Source: Octopus sinensis (taxonomy: Eukaryota). From it: 64,000 nt of DNA. The notes below the pieces were generated by a model. The model had not been told where the DNA came from. It saw only the letters and a program-made list of their open reading frames with translations, and searched no databases. The position numbers were made by a program, and so were the translations under genes. The stretch lies in NCBI RefSeq assembly GCF_006345805.1, contig NC_042998.1:29016001-29080000 (forward strand), read 5' to 3'. This document shows positions 44,211 to 58,015 of this stretch, piece by piece. Numbering within the stretch: position 1 is the first letter of the stretch; every line of letters begins with the position of its first letter.

Positions 44211-46387
44211 ATAGTTATGTATGTGTATATGAAAACACACACGTGTGTACATATATATATATTTTTAGGCACATATTTGTGTGCATACACACACATATAT
44301 ATATATATACATTAGTATTTTATTGAAGTTGAATAACATCATGAACTATTCTTTAAGTGCCACATTATTGATCAACTGAAAAAAAGTAAACTTTTGGAAC
44401 AATAAAATGGATTGTACTTTTCCAAGAATTCACTTCTGTCTGACGGTCAATTATGTGAGACATTGTAACAATTTGTGGAGTTTTTCAGCTTCAATAAGAT
44501 ACTAGATTTTACTCTACCTTTGGTATTCAATTACTATTCTCTCCACCTTGTTTTGTGCTTATGTTTTCACACATGTCTATATACATGTGCGTGTGTGTGT
44601 GTAATGTATTGCCTATATGTCATGCCAATTTCAGGGAATTAACTTAGATATATTTTTATGCACGATTTCAAATTTTAAAGAAAAGAATAGCAAAAAAAAT
44701 TTAAAAATAAAAAAAATCACTGCAGTTCCTAAGAAAAATTATTAGAATTTATTTCTCTGATTATGAAATATTGCAGAATTCAGTCCCAAGTTTGTAGATA
44801 AAATGTTCAATATATTTCATTTAATTAATTCCATAATTCATTGTATTACGTCACAAAAAATCTGAATGAGATATTTGAGAATAAAATCAAAACTGAAAAA
44901 TAAACCAAAATATGTTTTAATGTATTGTTATAATATTCTTTAATAAATTACATTTCAATTAGGGTAGATTTAGATGATGTGCCTGACAAGTTATTGTGTT
45001 TTAGGTTTTTTTTCCTTTACCATTCCACACTGTTATTTTGCTATTTTTCATTCCACAAGAATTTCAATCTGCCTATTTCTCTGTTTCAGTATTGTGCAAA
45101 TTTTCATTTATTAAAGTCTATTTACTTCTTGCTACTTTTTTTCTCATCATATTTGAACAGTTTCCCTTTAATTATACTGTTCCAATGTATTGACAGTGAC
45201 TTAATATTTTAAAAATTAATTCATCCATACAATCAAAAAGGATTGTCCTATATCCAATTTTATGTCTGAATTTTTGTAATTTGAATAACCCTTACAACAT
45301 TAATAGACATTTTATAAAATTATTTTCCTATCTTGAATTTTCATGAGATATTTCTGTTTTTATTTCATGGATAAAAATTTGTTTTTGTTATATTTATGGA
45401 TCTGGTGTTTGTTTAACCTAAATTCATCCAGAAGTCATTTCCAGTCATTTGATGTGTTTTGTAGATCTTTCTATTGTTATTTGTTATACATGTAAAAATC
45501 TTGGAAAAACATGAAATTTGTTGAATAAAAATCATAAATATAAAAATATTGTTGGAAATATCATATTTTTTATTATCCTCTTTTTTGTTTTCGTTGTTGT
45601 TTTGTTATTTGTGTGACAAAGGAACTTTGCTTCTCTGAGAAATTCCTCTCAAAAATTCTTCTCTGAGAAATCATTCCTCTCAAAAATTTTCAGTTTAACT
45701 TAAATATTTTACCTCTTGGAAAACAAAATAAGAGCAAAATTATTTCATTATTTTGCTTCCATTGTTTCCAGTTAGTTGCTTACTTCAGTAAATTTTGAAA
45801 TATTTTCCAAAAAATGTTGAATGAAAATATCCCACTTAGAACTGGAGAGTCTTTCTATAATTGACTGTCTTTCTTTGTGAATAGCTTAAATTAACTCAAG
45901 ATTTAATATAACTTAAAATTCAACATGAAAAGACAATTCTGTTCTCTATATTAGCTGAACTTTAAAAAAAATGCACAAAATGAATTGTAATTAAATCTTC
46001 CTGGCTATTCTTAAACCACATTGATAAAACTTTAAATTAATGAAAACTAAAACAAAAGGCTTCTGTAGCACAGTATTTTTCTCAATTAGCATCAAAATTC
46101 TTTACATTAATCATCATCATTTCAGTTTCTCTTTCCTATAATTTTCTCTCTTTTTCTCTGTTCTAACGTTAAAAGGATTATTATGTATTAAATCTTTATT
46201 TCTTTCTATGCTCTGATTCCAATAAGCAACATGCATTGTTCTGATTCAGTCTACTCAATATTAAAAATCACTGTAGTTTAAACAAAGATTTCTAGTTGTA
46301 GAATACTTGCTTTACTAATTCAAGAGAGATTCTCCAATGAACCTCTACCATTCACTTCATATTATGTTGCAATATTTAAAACAATTA

Positions 46388-46974
46388 GGGCGGTGAGCTA
46401 GTAGAATCGTTAACATACCGGGCAAAATGCTTAGCGGTATTTCGTCTGCCATTACATTCTGAGTTCAAATTCTGCTGAGGTTGACTTTCCCTTTCATCCT
46501 TTTGGGGTTGATTAAATAAGTACCAGTTATGCATTGGGGTCGAAGTAATCGACTTAATCCCTTGTTTGTCCCTTCTATGTTTAGCCCCCTGTAGGCAATA
46601 AAGGAATCAATATCTAAAACAATTAGGCAGCAAACTGGCAGAACTTTTAGCTTGCTGGGCAAAATGCTTAGTTGCATTTCATTCATCTTTATGTTCAGAG
46701 TTCAAATTCTGCCAAAGTCAGCTTTGCCTTTCTTCCTTTCAGTGTCATTAAAATAAGTACCAGTTGTGTACTTGGGTTTCTCTAATTGACTTTCCTCTTC
46801 TCCTAAATTGCTGGCCTTGTGTCAAAATTTGAAATCGATATTTAAAACTGGCAAGCTGGCAGAATTGTTAGCATGGCAGGCAAATTGCTTAGTGGCATTT
46901 TGTCTGTTTTTAACCGTCTGAATTTAAATTCTGCTGAGGTCAACTTTGCTTTCAGTGTTGATAAAATAAGTACC
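46388..46974 (+). mobile_element. Three head-to-tail SINE family B copies
   Basis: Heads at ~46388, ~46626 and ~46848, each with aaatgcttag or aattgcttag, aaattctgc and aagtacca. Confidence 0.85.
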
Positions 46975-47019
46975 AAGAGGTACTAAGAGGTTAATAGCAA
47001 TGGAGAAATTAAGAATCAT

Positions 47020-47290
47020 TATTATCATCATCATCATCATTTAACATCCGCTATCCATGCTAGCATGGTTTGGATGATTTGACTGAGGTCTGGCGAACCA
47101 GACTCCAATCTGATCTGGCAGAGTTTCTACAGCTGGATGCCCTTTCTAATGCCAACCACTCCGAGAGTGTAGTGGATGCTTTATGTGTCACCAGCACGAG
47201 GGCCAGTTTGGTGGTACTGGCAGTGGCCACACTCAAATGGTGCTTTTTATGTGCCACCTGCATAGGAGCCAGTCCAGCAGCACTGGCAAA
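47020..47290 (-). mobile_element. RTE-type LINE 3' UTR fragment
   Basis: (cat)n-ttaacatccgctatccatgctagcatgg...ctacagctggatgccc. Confidence 0.8.
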
Positions 47291-47904
47291 TATTACAAAT
47301 AATTTCAATGAAAATTAGATGCAAGAACAAATTCCTTTCTCTTGTCACTAAGTATTGCTTGTCTCTTTTCTTTCTAGAATGAATATATTGTAGGAAAGGA
47401 CTATTGTAAATTTAAAAAAACATTATTCTTAAACAGAGATCTGGATCCAATTTACTTCCTAATTATCATTTCTTCTTCATGAAAGATTAATTAAGTTTAG
47501 AAAATAGTGATAAAAAAAATTTACATTATTTTAAATTAATTCATAATTAAATTAGTGATTCATATTCTTCAACTTTGTTAACAAACGATAAATGAAAATT
47601 ACAATTTTTCTTATATTTTATTCAGTGTTTTCAGTTGTCATTTCCTTCTAACCCCTAACTCTCTCTCTCACTCTCTTCCACACTCTCTGTTACTCATAGA
47701 TTCATGGAATTTAAATTTTTACATTGATAAGCAAGGATTCTTTTTTAACATAAATAATAACATATCTGTCTTTGAAATCACTGACACAAATCTCAGCTTG
47801 TGACTTTCTGCATTGTTCATTATTATACAATATCATTCCAGGTAAACTTGAAATTACAATGAATTTAGTACTTTGTTATATATATTACAGTATTACAATA
47901 TTAA

Positions 47905-48124
47905 CTCTTATGTTACCAACCCGGCTGAAACTGGCTCTGGCTCTGAGTACAAATGTCTTGTTTTCATAAGTTTTGAATTAAAATCTTCCACCAAACCTTA
48001 GTCACAGTTTATGTTCCTAACACTAGCTGAATGATAACCAAGTTATTTTACTAAATTCTTTGCTATATTTAAAGTAATTGAAAGAAATACAGAGCATCTC
48101 AAAATAAATACAGTAACAAAAGGG
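47905..48124. mobile_element. piggyBac-type MITE family P1
   Basis: TTAA at 47901-47904 and 48125-48128; reverse complement of 5712-5932. Confidence 0.82.
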
Positions 48125-48799
48125 TTAAATAGTATCACAGCATATTTCAGTACTAAATGATATTAACTAACTTATTTATGTATAAAAAAAGTAACGACCA
48201 AATATATATGTGTTATAGATTTAAACACATGACAGATTTGTCATCATATATTGGTCAGGAGGTGGAAAATTCCCTATGCCAAATTTCCCATAGAGGTTAC
48301 CTGGAATTGGTTGATACCAGATATTTAAGTTGGTACAAGAATCATACCAGTGATACATCTGTCTGCAATACAGATGGAATTGTAGCTTTTGTTCACTTTA
48401 AGCATAAGCGCTTAAAAGCTGGAGGCATTTTCATTTTAGATTTTGTTACAATATTAAACATAGTAAAATACACGAAAACGTTTATGGAAACGTGCTCATG
48501 ATTTATTGATGACTAGGATTGTTAGATCTTAAAACATAAACCTGTTGTAACTTCTATGTGTCTTTTGAAATCCTGATTAAAGTCACTACAGTAGAGAAGC
48601 AGTTCTCATTTCTGTGTTGTCAAGCCCTGATTTTTGCTAGTGTTTTTACTATATTGACAGTAGTCTTTTTAATTTCTATTTTGATTATAATTTTGCTTCG
48701 TTCTTGCATTTTTTTTTGTTTTGCTGTCATATCTGTACTTTGTGTTCAGTGATATTATGCTTGCATTTTTACTCCACAAACATAAATGCAGGCATACCA

Positions 48800-48867
<68 letters not shown>

Positions 48868-50528
48868 TGTGTATTGCTTGCTTGTTGAAAAGACCAATAG
48901 AAAAAATACTTGGTCAATTGAGAGATTAATATCATTTCATTAATATAGGAGTTATACGTGAACTATTTCAAGTTTCATGGTTAGCTATTGCAATAAGTGG
49001 ACAGGGTTGAGAAAAGGGGAGGGAAAAAGCAAGAAAGAAATAGGAAAATATCAAGAAGCATTTTAAGCATAGCATACCATGAATTGTATACTATACAAGC
49101 CCATCTGATTATTGCACAAACTGAGCATGAAACTTGGAGTAGCTCCTGTATAATGATTCCTTATATATTAGTTGTATCTGTATACTACACACACATATAT
49201 ATATATATACATATATATATATTACATGCATGCACATGTATGAAACCATGTATATAGATATATGTATGCATATGTGTGTGTGCACACAAGTACATAATTC
49301 TGTGCATATTAGAACTTTTCTCCTTTAAAACATAAAAATCTACCAACATCCGACAAATAATTATGATTGGTTTATCTCTATAGAGGAGACCAAATCTGCT
49401 GAGAAAATTAAGTATTGATTGCTTACATGAAAAGCAATAAGTATTTAGTTAAAATTTGGAGAAAAGAATTAACCCAACCAAGTATCTTTCATTCAAGATA
49501 CACTACCATTATCTTCACTCTTTGTATGAGGAGAAAAAGCCAAATGAAAAAATATATTAATGTTTTCTTTAGAATGGCACTACATTAATGGTTGAAACAT
49601 TTATTTTTCTTTCTATCGAATCTCTTTAGGCTGGTGGTTTTGCTGTTTGATTATATATATTTTTCTTCTGCTCTTTCAGCTTAGGACTTCTATTACTGTT
49701 TGGTATTGAATGGAATTTTTTTTTACACAAGCTGCAAAATCATCTCTATAATTCAGAAAGAAATATCGTTTCTTTTGTTTATGTGAATAGTAATGTTAGT
49801 AATGTATTAGTACAACCTTTACAGTTTAGGATAATTACTTTCAAAACTTCAGTGCATGCATTGTTCTGAAAAAAAATTGGTGAATATAAATATTGATAGA
49901 ACCATTTTCAGTATTAGAAACTAAAGGTGAGGAAAGAAGTCTCACCCTGACTTTGGAAGCAATATTTAAAAAAAATATATATTGAACTCTTTCTGACATT
50001 TACTACTTCAATGGTGATAAATATTCGTGTATTACTGGTATATACTTTATTGTAGTTGAATAGATAAAAAGATAAATTTATCCAAGTAGTGTAAGAAAGG
50101 AACATCTTAAGTGTGGAAATGTATGGAATAGTGAAAAAATATATGATACAAGAGAAATTCTATTTCAACCATTATTTTTATCGTGTGCTTTCACACACAT
50201 TGTATACTTCAAATAATGGACATTTAGCTTGTAGAACTGCAGTTTTATTTTTATTATTTTTTTTATTTGTCCAATAAATGACAGTGTCAATAAGACGTAA
50301 TAAATTACATTTATAATAAATTTCTTTTATAATGGTCTTTCATACTGTCAATATTATTTCAAGCTTCATATTAATGGTATTGTTCCTAAAAACTGTGATG
50401 TGGATTTTGAAGACAGGATATTCATGGAGTATCCAGTGTCATACATTTCATTGCATTAACATTCATATTTCCATGCTTTCCGTATTCATACATGCCTGCT
50501 ATTTGTCTTACTGCTATCAATCCTCTCT

Positions 50529-50815
50529 GGAGGCACATGGCCTAGTGGTTAGAGCAATGGGCTCGCTGTCGAGGGATTGCGGGTTCGAATCTCAGACTGG
50601 GCAATGTGTGTGTTTATGAGTGAAACACCTAAGCTCCACACAGCTCCAGCAGAAGGTAACGGTGAACTTCTGCTGACTCTTTCGCCACAACTTTCTCTCA
50701 CTCTTTCCTACTGCATCTTGCAGCTCACCTGCGACGGACCGGCATCCCGTCCAGGTGGGGAACCTATACGCCTAGGAAACCGGCCCTTATGAGCCAGACG
50801 TGGCTCGAGAAGGAA
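50529..50815 (+). mobile_element. tRNA-derived SINE with V-domain-like segment
   Basis: A box tggcctagtgg, B box gggttcgaatctc, cctgcgacggaccggcatcccgtccagg resembling the V-SINE domain; approximate TSD caatcctct/caattctct. Confidence 0.82.
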
Positions 50816-51445
50816 CAATTCTCTTTCATCTCATCTGTGAACATTGACATCATCATCTAATCTAATAGTACCTCTTCCCATGGTCATTCTTGGTATTCCT
50901 TTACTATGGGTATTATCAATGTCAACATACAGTGATTTCTTTCTCATCAGCAATTATGATACATACACACACATATATTTGTATTCATATTTATGAAGAT
51001 ACAAAAACTTATTGCAAAACTGACAAAATAAATGACGTCAGATATAGGTAGAAGAGTTTTCTAACCAAAGAAATCTTTAGTATTCACCATCATCATCATT
51101 ATCATCGTTTAACGTCCACTTTCCATGCTAGCATGGGTTGGACGATTTTGACTGAGGGCTGGCAAACCAGATGGCTGCACCAGGCTCCAATCTTGATCTT
51201 AGTATTATTAATTAGTATTAATTAATTATTAATTAGTATTATTAATTAGCATTGCATCCATAATAAAGCACCATTGATGATTTTGCTCTTAATTTTGCAT
51301 AATTAGAGCAAGTCATAGAGAAACGATACATCTGGTGCAAATCTTTAGTATATTCCTTCCATATGAAATATTTATAATCACACTCACAATTTTGTACGGG
51401 AAGTTTTTAAGCTGTTTGTTGTAAACTGTAGCTATCTACTTGATA

Positions 51446-52049
51446 ATCATCATCATCATCGTTTAACGTCTGTTTTCCATGCTAGCATGGGTTGGACGGT
51501 TCGACCGGGGTCTGGAAAGCCAGGAGGTGGCAACAGGCACCAGTCTGATCTGGCAGTGTTTCTACAGCTGGATGCCCTTCCTAACGCCAACCACTCCATT
51601 AGTGTAGTGGGTGCTTTTTACGTGCCACCGGCACAGGAGCCAGAGGAGACTGTCAAGCGGCCACGATCGGTTGGAGCTTTTATGTGTCACTAACACGGAC
51701 GCCAGTCAAGGCGGCGCTGGCATCTGCCATGTTCAGACGTTGCTTTTCTATTAACGTATTACCGGCATGCATGTCTTAACTATTTCCATTCAATTTTCAT
51801 TTGATGTTGGTGTTAACGTACTTGACTCAATAGGTCTTCTCAAGAACAGCGGGTCACTCTATAATCCAAGGTTAGCACAGCAGGCCGTCCTGCGAGCCAT
51901 GAACTCACTTCATTCATTGGGTCTTCGAAGTCACAGCATATCTCCAGAGGACTCAGTCTTTCGTCATAGCCTCTGTGAGGCTCAACGTATGAAGGTCATG
52001 CTTGACCACCTCGTCCCATGTCTTCCTGGGTTTACCTCTACCCCGGATT
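51446..52049 (-). mobile_element. 5'-truncated RTE-type LINE
   Basis: Minus strand encodes RGRGKPRKTWDEVVKHDLHTLSLTEAMTKD*VLWRYAV (RTE C-terminal motif), then 3' UTR and (gat)n tail; a short tail-only copy lies at 51087-51200. Confidence 0.88.
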
Positions 52050-52264
52050 CCTTAATACATAATACATAAAGAGATTCAATAAAAATAAATGTTAACCTAA
52101 TAGAAAATGTATTCACAGGTAATAGAGCTGTTAAATTAGATTACTTAAACCCTCTGCTGTGACTTTTCTCCTTTTATCTTAATTTATCCCACCATAAGTC
52201 AGATCGACATATTGGGTTTTATGAGGATTTCTTATTTATGTGGCATCCACCTTTTCTGGGCAAT

Positions 52265-52686
52265 ACTCTTTACTCTTTCTCTTTCACTTGTTACAGTCAT
52301 TTGACTATGGCCATGCTGGAGCACTACCTTTAGTCGAGCAAATCGACCCCACGACTTATTCTTTGTAAGCCTAGTATTTATTCTATCGGTCTCTCTTGCT
52401 GAACCACTAAGTAACAGGGACATGAACACACCAGCAACGGTTGTCAAGCGATGTTGGGGGGACAAACACAGACACACAAACATACCCACACACATATATA
52501 TATATATATATACAAATATACGATGAGCTTCTTTCAGTTTCCGTCTACCAAATCTACTCACAAGGCTTTGGTCGGCCCGAGGCTATAGTAGAAGACACTT
52601 ACCCAAGGTGCCACGCAGTAGGACTGAACCTGGAACCATGTGGTTGGTAAGCAAGCTACTTACCACACAGCCACTCCTACGCCTAT
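52265..52686 (-). mobile_element. SINE family A
   Basis: Full-length reverse complement of 3847-4240. Confidence 0.88.
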
Positions 52687-53544
52687 CCAATACTATTTTA
52701 TTTTCAATGATATTGTAAGACAGTGTTTTCAATAACCGATAAGCAGTTGTCTGTCAAAATGCAAAATATTTCTTCTTTCTATTGATTTACATTTTATTTG
52801 ACAATTATTAGCTTAAGAATATGTTTTAAATTTATTTGATAATTTCACATAACAAACGCCATTCAGTTCTTTTCGCTTTTGTCTTGGATTATTTTCAATT
52901 TTATATTTTGTTAATACCATCAAAAACTGTCATGTTTTACAGAAAGGGAAAGATTTCAAAGAAATCTAGTGAAAAAGTAATGAACAAAGATTAGCATGCT
53001 GTTTGGAAAATTTCAGAAACACTAATTAATAAATGTATAATTTTCTTTTCAACTGTTATTTGTCATTAAAATGAATACTTTGAATTTGACAATATAGAAA
53101 ATTGACATAACGATAAAAAGGATTGGCTAGGAAACATCTCAAGCAAATGGCATGAATTCAGGTAAATCAGGTAGATGCTGATAGATCAAATAATGTATTC
53201 GAAAAAATTCTCTAAGAAATTAATCCTTGTTTTGATGGAGGAAGAAAATAATCATCTGGTAGCAATTGTTAGCAATTCTCAAAATATATAAGGAGGTAAT
53301 TTCAAGAAAATTAAAATGCCATGCTTAGAAGATTGTCTGAATTTTGTTAATTGGCATCTAGAGATGTTTCAGTCTTATTAGACCTCATCAGTATAGGATC
53401 TTTCACCTTGAGCTTGTTGGATATAGACTTGTGGATATAGACTTTTACAAGTAGCAAAAGTGTTATGAAAAATTTTGGTCTGAAGAAAACCAATGGGTTT
53501 ACATCGCTATATACTTTTAATAAAGTATTTATTTGAACTGTCAT

Positions 53545-53649
53545 AAGTACATTATTTATATTTAACAGATATTTGTCAACTTATTTGTTGTTAACACGAT
53601 GTTTCGGATGATGTACTCTCCAGCCTTCATCAGGTGTCTTGGGGAAATT
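53545..53649 (-). mobile_element. Family H partial copy (hammerhead motif and tail)
   Basis: gtttcggatgatgtactctccagccttcatcaggtgtcttggggaaatt identical to the corresponding part of 54942-55049. Confidence 0.85.
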
Positions 53650-54006
53650 AATGATATAAACTTTAATGTTGAAAAACAAGGTTATTCCAGTTATATGTTC
53701 TTATAAGATTATTACGAGTTAGTGTTCCATTTTGGACAATCTGAATTTTTAATTAAGAATGAATGGTCATTCTTTCTTAAAAAATTTTACCACTTTAGTA
53801 AAGATATGAGTTGGAATGCAATTCAAAACAGTCTTTAAAACCATTGTGGATACTTCAATGTTGTATGCTCCTGAATATACTATCCAAAATACTAACTTCC
53901 CATAATTATAACTGAAAGATAACTTTTACTGTATATTATTTTCCCTTCCTTTGCTTTGAAGACAAATTCTTATTATTATCATATTTTATTATGAAAACTG
54001 ATAAAC

Positions 54007-54411
54007 ACTCTTTACCCGCTTGTTTACTTGTTTCTGTTATTTGACTGTGGCCATGCTGGAGCACTGCATTTAGTCGAGCAAATCGACAACAGGACTTATT
54101 GTTTGTAAGCCTAGTACTTATTCTATCGGTTTCTTTTTGCCGAACCGCTAAGTTACAGGGACGTAAACACACCACATTGTCAAGCGATGTTGGGGGGACA
54201 AACACAGACACACAAACATACACACACATATATATATACATCTACACGATGGGCTTCTTTCAGTTTCCGTCTACCAAATCCACTCACAAGGCTTTGGTCA
54301 GCCAAAGGCTATAGTAGAAGACACTTGCCCAAGGTGCCACGCAGTGGGACTAAACCCAGAACCATGTGGCTGGTAACCAAGCTACTTACCACATGGCCAC
54401 TCATATGCCTA
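54007..54411 (-). mobile_element. SINE family A
   Basis: Full-length reverse complement of 3847-4240. Confidence 0.88.
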
Positions 54412-54941
54412 GATCATATTTGTGAAACAGAATAAGTACTTCATGCATACAAAATTTACATAGTGAAAGACTATTAGAAATTTTCTAGGAAGTTCATTTG
54501 TTTATTTTAGTAGTTTCTAGACTCAAGTCAGCTCTGATCACATTTACTGCAAAAATATCAAGAACTGGTATTGTTGTGTTCTGATTTTAATGGGTTAATT
54601 TTTATACATAGCATAATGAGGATATTTATTTACAGGTATAAAAGATGAAATATGTTTTTATAATTATAAAAGCAAGTCAATTTTTGACCTTCTTGAGAAG
54701 ACAAATTACTTTAAAACTTTTCAGTTTTCATTTTCTCACAAGACATACAATCTCATAGAAAAAAAATACTAAACATTTCTTCATTTTGACAAAGGACTAA
54801 GTTTTTGATGGTGCAGGTTATAGTTAAATCAAACCTACTGCAACATATTGCTGCTTGTTACTTTATTGACAAGCCAATGAGTCTTGTTCGCAACTTTTTT
54901 GATAAGGATCATTTGATTTGAGGGTCATTTTAACCTCCCAG

Positions 54942-55176
54942 AAGTATATTATTTACATTTAACAGATATTTGTCCTCATCTTATTTGTTGTTAACACAAT
55001 GTTTCGGATGATGTACTCTCCAGCCTTCATCAGGTGTCTTGGGGAAATTTCGAACCTGGGTTCTCATTCCTAAGGTATTTTTCGATGTTATTATTATTAT
55101 TCAGGTCATTGCCTGGAATTGAACTTGGAATCTTGGGGTTAGTAGCCCGGGCTCTTAATCACTACGCCATATGCCC
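54942..55176 (-). mobile_element. Family H hammerhead-SINE, near full length
   Basis: Minus strand: gggcatatggcgtagtgattaagagc...ccaagttcaattccagg head, (aat)n, gacac-CTGATGA-aggctgg...catcc-GAAACATT-gtgtt, tail. Confidence 0.87.
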
Positions 55177-57084
55177 ATAGTTACCAAATATTCTTCATAT
55201 CACAATTTTATGGCCCTATATTACAATTTGAAAAATACATTGGATAATGTGATCTTATATTTTGTATGTGGAATGACTTTCAACATAAGTCTATTCAATC
55301 AAGATTGATCTGAGCCAGATTAACCACATATTCTAACCTTTTGATGTTGAGACTCAAGACTGGATTGAACAAAACTTCACATATTTTTCCTTGGCTATTT
55401 CCTTCTAACAAATTAAATGCTTTGGTTTTAAAAGAGATGGGAAGCATTTAAAAATGAAGCATATTTGACCAGAAATTAATTTTAGCTTTTTGTTCTGGTT
55501 CCATGGAATTTACCATCTTTCTTCTATAACAGACCTTTAAAATATTACAACTTTCATATTACATTTATCCCCACTCACAAACATTTTGGTAAGAAAGTAA
55601 GTTCTAAAACAGTGGAATTTGGTTATATTTATGAATAAGCATCCATTTCTTTAAAAACCAAAATATACTTTTTCTTTTAGAAAGAACACAAATATGAATG
55701 AACAGATTTTCATTTCATGGGTAGCTGAACCACAATATTCTGTTGTATTTCCTTAGCAATTCAATTAATGGAAAAAATATTCAAGATGAAATAAGAGGCT
55801 TTTTTTACATTGCTCAGCATTTTTAAAAAAAATGTTCTCTCGTTTTAGCTATATTTTTTCATCATATATTTTGTATTCACATTAAAGGAATGTCGTTTTG
55901 AAAAACTACATTTCTTTTAATCACGTATTTATATTCAATTTATTTTGAAAAAAAAAAATGGAAATTACAAAATCAAAACTCAATATTACCTTTTGTATTT
56001 GTTCATATTTTGAATAATTAATTTCTGAAATCTCATATTAATTCCTCTTAAGTTTTAGATAATTCTATACATTTTTTCCACACAATCCTACACAGTTTTC
56101 TTTTATTTTCTACTACAAACGGTCAACATATTCATGTAACCTTGTATAATTTGATTCATTGCTGACTGCATTGATACTTAGAGAAATAAGTAATGTTAAA
56201 CAATGTGGCAAACAACTGATAAAAAATTCATATATCTATGTTTGTGTACACACACATACAGAGTTAGCTGCATTAATATATGTATAGAATTTATCCATAT
56301 CTATTTATGTTTGCCTGTTTATGCCTTTGTATTACAAATTATGAATATCACAGATACACATGCATACATAAACATACACATGCATATATATAGGCGTTCA
56401 TAATATTTGATTTGAAATGATGAATATTCGAATAAAGAAATTATTGTTTAAGTATCAATATTTATTCTGTAATATAAACATGTGTTGTTTGCATGGTTTA
56501 ATATTTTCTGAAAGTAAATCTACGCCCATATTGAATTTTAAAAATCACTTTGTATTTTAAAGTTATTCTCTTAAAACATGAGTGACAATTCAGAGAAAAC
56601 TTATTAGAATTCAATATTGATAATATTGAATATCTATTAATCTGAAAATACTTTCTCATTCGATTAATGATAAGTATTTTTAAATGTTATTCTCTCTTTT
56701 AAAGAATCAAGCTATTCTTTAAAAGTGTCATTCATAACATTCCAGATAGCAACCCAAGTTGCTTCAAGTTTTTAAGTGTTTTGGGGTGATGGGGTATAAT
56801 ATTATAATATGTAACAACAAATGTTTTTTTGTTTTTTTTTTTAATGAAGTGTGATGCTGCTAATTATGTTCACAGCAAACAATGTTTTTGAAAAATATAG
56901 CAGATGAAAATCAAAATTTTCTGAAATTCTAAAGGATATGATTTTACAATCATAGCTATTTGCAGAGATAACATATGAGATGATGCATAAATTGTGCAGG
57001 GAATTTTAATGATATATATATGTATCCTATTTTTCCTTTCTGTGCACGGATTCAGAGTAAAGGTAGAAATATGAATATATATAG

Positions 57085-57378
57085 ACTGAAGTTTGATTTG
57101 GCATGGTTTTCTACAGTTGGATGCCCTTCCTTAACACCAACCACTCTGAGAGTGTAAAGGGTGCTTTTACATGCCACCAGCATGGGTGCAAGTTGCGTGA
57201 CACCGGGGTGTGTTTACATTTCACCAGTATGGGTGCCAATTTGTGTAACACCAGTATCTGCCACGACTGCAATTTTGCTTGGCTTGATGGGTCTTCTTCT
57301 CAAGCAAAATATAGTGCCAAAGGTCTTGGTCATTGCCTCCGTAAAGCCCGACACTCAAAAGGAACTCGGCCACTTTGC
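57085..57378 (-). mobile_element. RTE-type LINE 3' UTR fragment
   Basis: tttctacagttggatgcccttccttaacaccaaccactctgagagtgta. Confidence 0.7.
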
Positions 57379-57422
57379 CTCTGTGTGTGTTTATATATAT
57401 ATGCACTTGGATATATCTTATA

Positions 57423-57800
57423 CTGTGGCACTCCATCAATTGCAGCAATGAGGATTCCAGTTGATCCGATCAATGGAACAACCTGCTCCTGAAATTAATG
57501 TGCAAGTGGATGAGCACTCCTCAGACATGTGTACCCTTAATGTAGTTCTCAGGAAGATTCATCATGACACAGAGTGTGACAAGGCTGGCCCTTTTGAAAT
57601 ACAGGTACAACTGAAACAGGAAGAAAGAGTGAGAGACAGTTGTGGTGAAAGAGTACAGCAGGGTTCACTACACCACCTCATTGCCGGAGCCTCATGGAGC
57701 TTTAGGTGTTTTTGCTCAATAAATACAATGCTCGTCTGGTAATCAAAACTGCAGTCCTATGACGAGTGCACTACCCTAACCACTAAGCCATTGGCCTCCA
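57423..57800 (-). mobile_element. Chimeric tRNA-derived SINE
   Basis: 5' half matches the 50529 SINE (ctaaagctcca, ctctttcaccacaact, tctctcactctttc); 3' half matches the 30650 SINE. Confidence 0.8.
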
Positions 57801-58015
57801 TATCTTATACTGACATATAGCAATACAAGATCCAAACATTGGTGAGAAACCAATAAGTTCGTGCTTTTTTGATAAAATTAACTCAACATGTTTCGTCTGT
57901 CCTAGTTGCACAGATGCTCCCTTGCTGTTATTAACATTGCAAATGCAGTGAGCCAGTGATTGCCCCATTGGAAATCTAACCATTATTCACAAAATGTAAT
58001 TAAAAAATATAAAAG

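Noticed and set aside
45630-45688. ~30-bp tandem duplication cttctctgagaaat...tcctctcaaaaatt
   Set aside because: Real but an ordinary local duplication with no functional indication
47378-47382. Acceptor tttctttctag|AATGA that would end complexin as FAK-stop
   Set aside because: 41 kb from the donor, and such short matches are common; equally unsupported phase-compatible acceptors occur near 29802, 30132, 52943, 59328 and 63930
48157-48501. 114-aa non-repetitive ORF
   Set aside because: No recognisable family motif or supporting splice structure; length compatible with chance
50529-50600. tRNA-like sequence as a functional tRNA gene (also 60501-60570 and 62470-62540)
   Set aside because: A and B boxes are present but they continue into SINE bodies and lack a clean cloverleaf
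56608-56632. Short AT-rich hairpin ttcaatatt-gat-aatattgaa
   Set aside because: Expected by chance at this AT content
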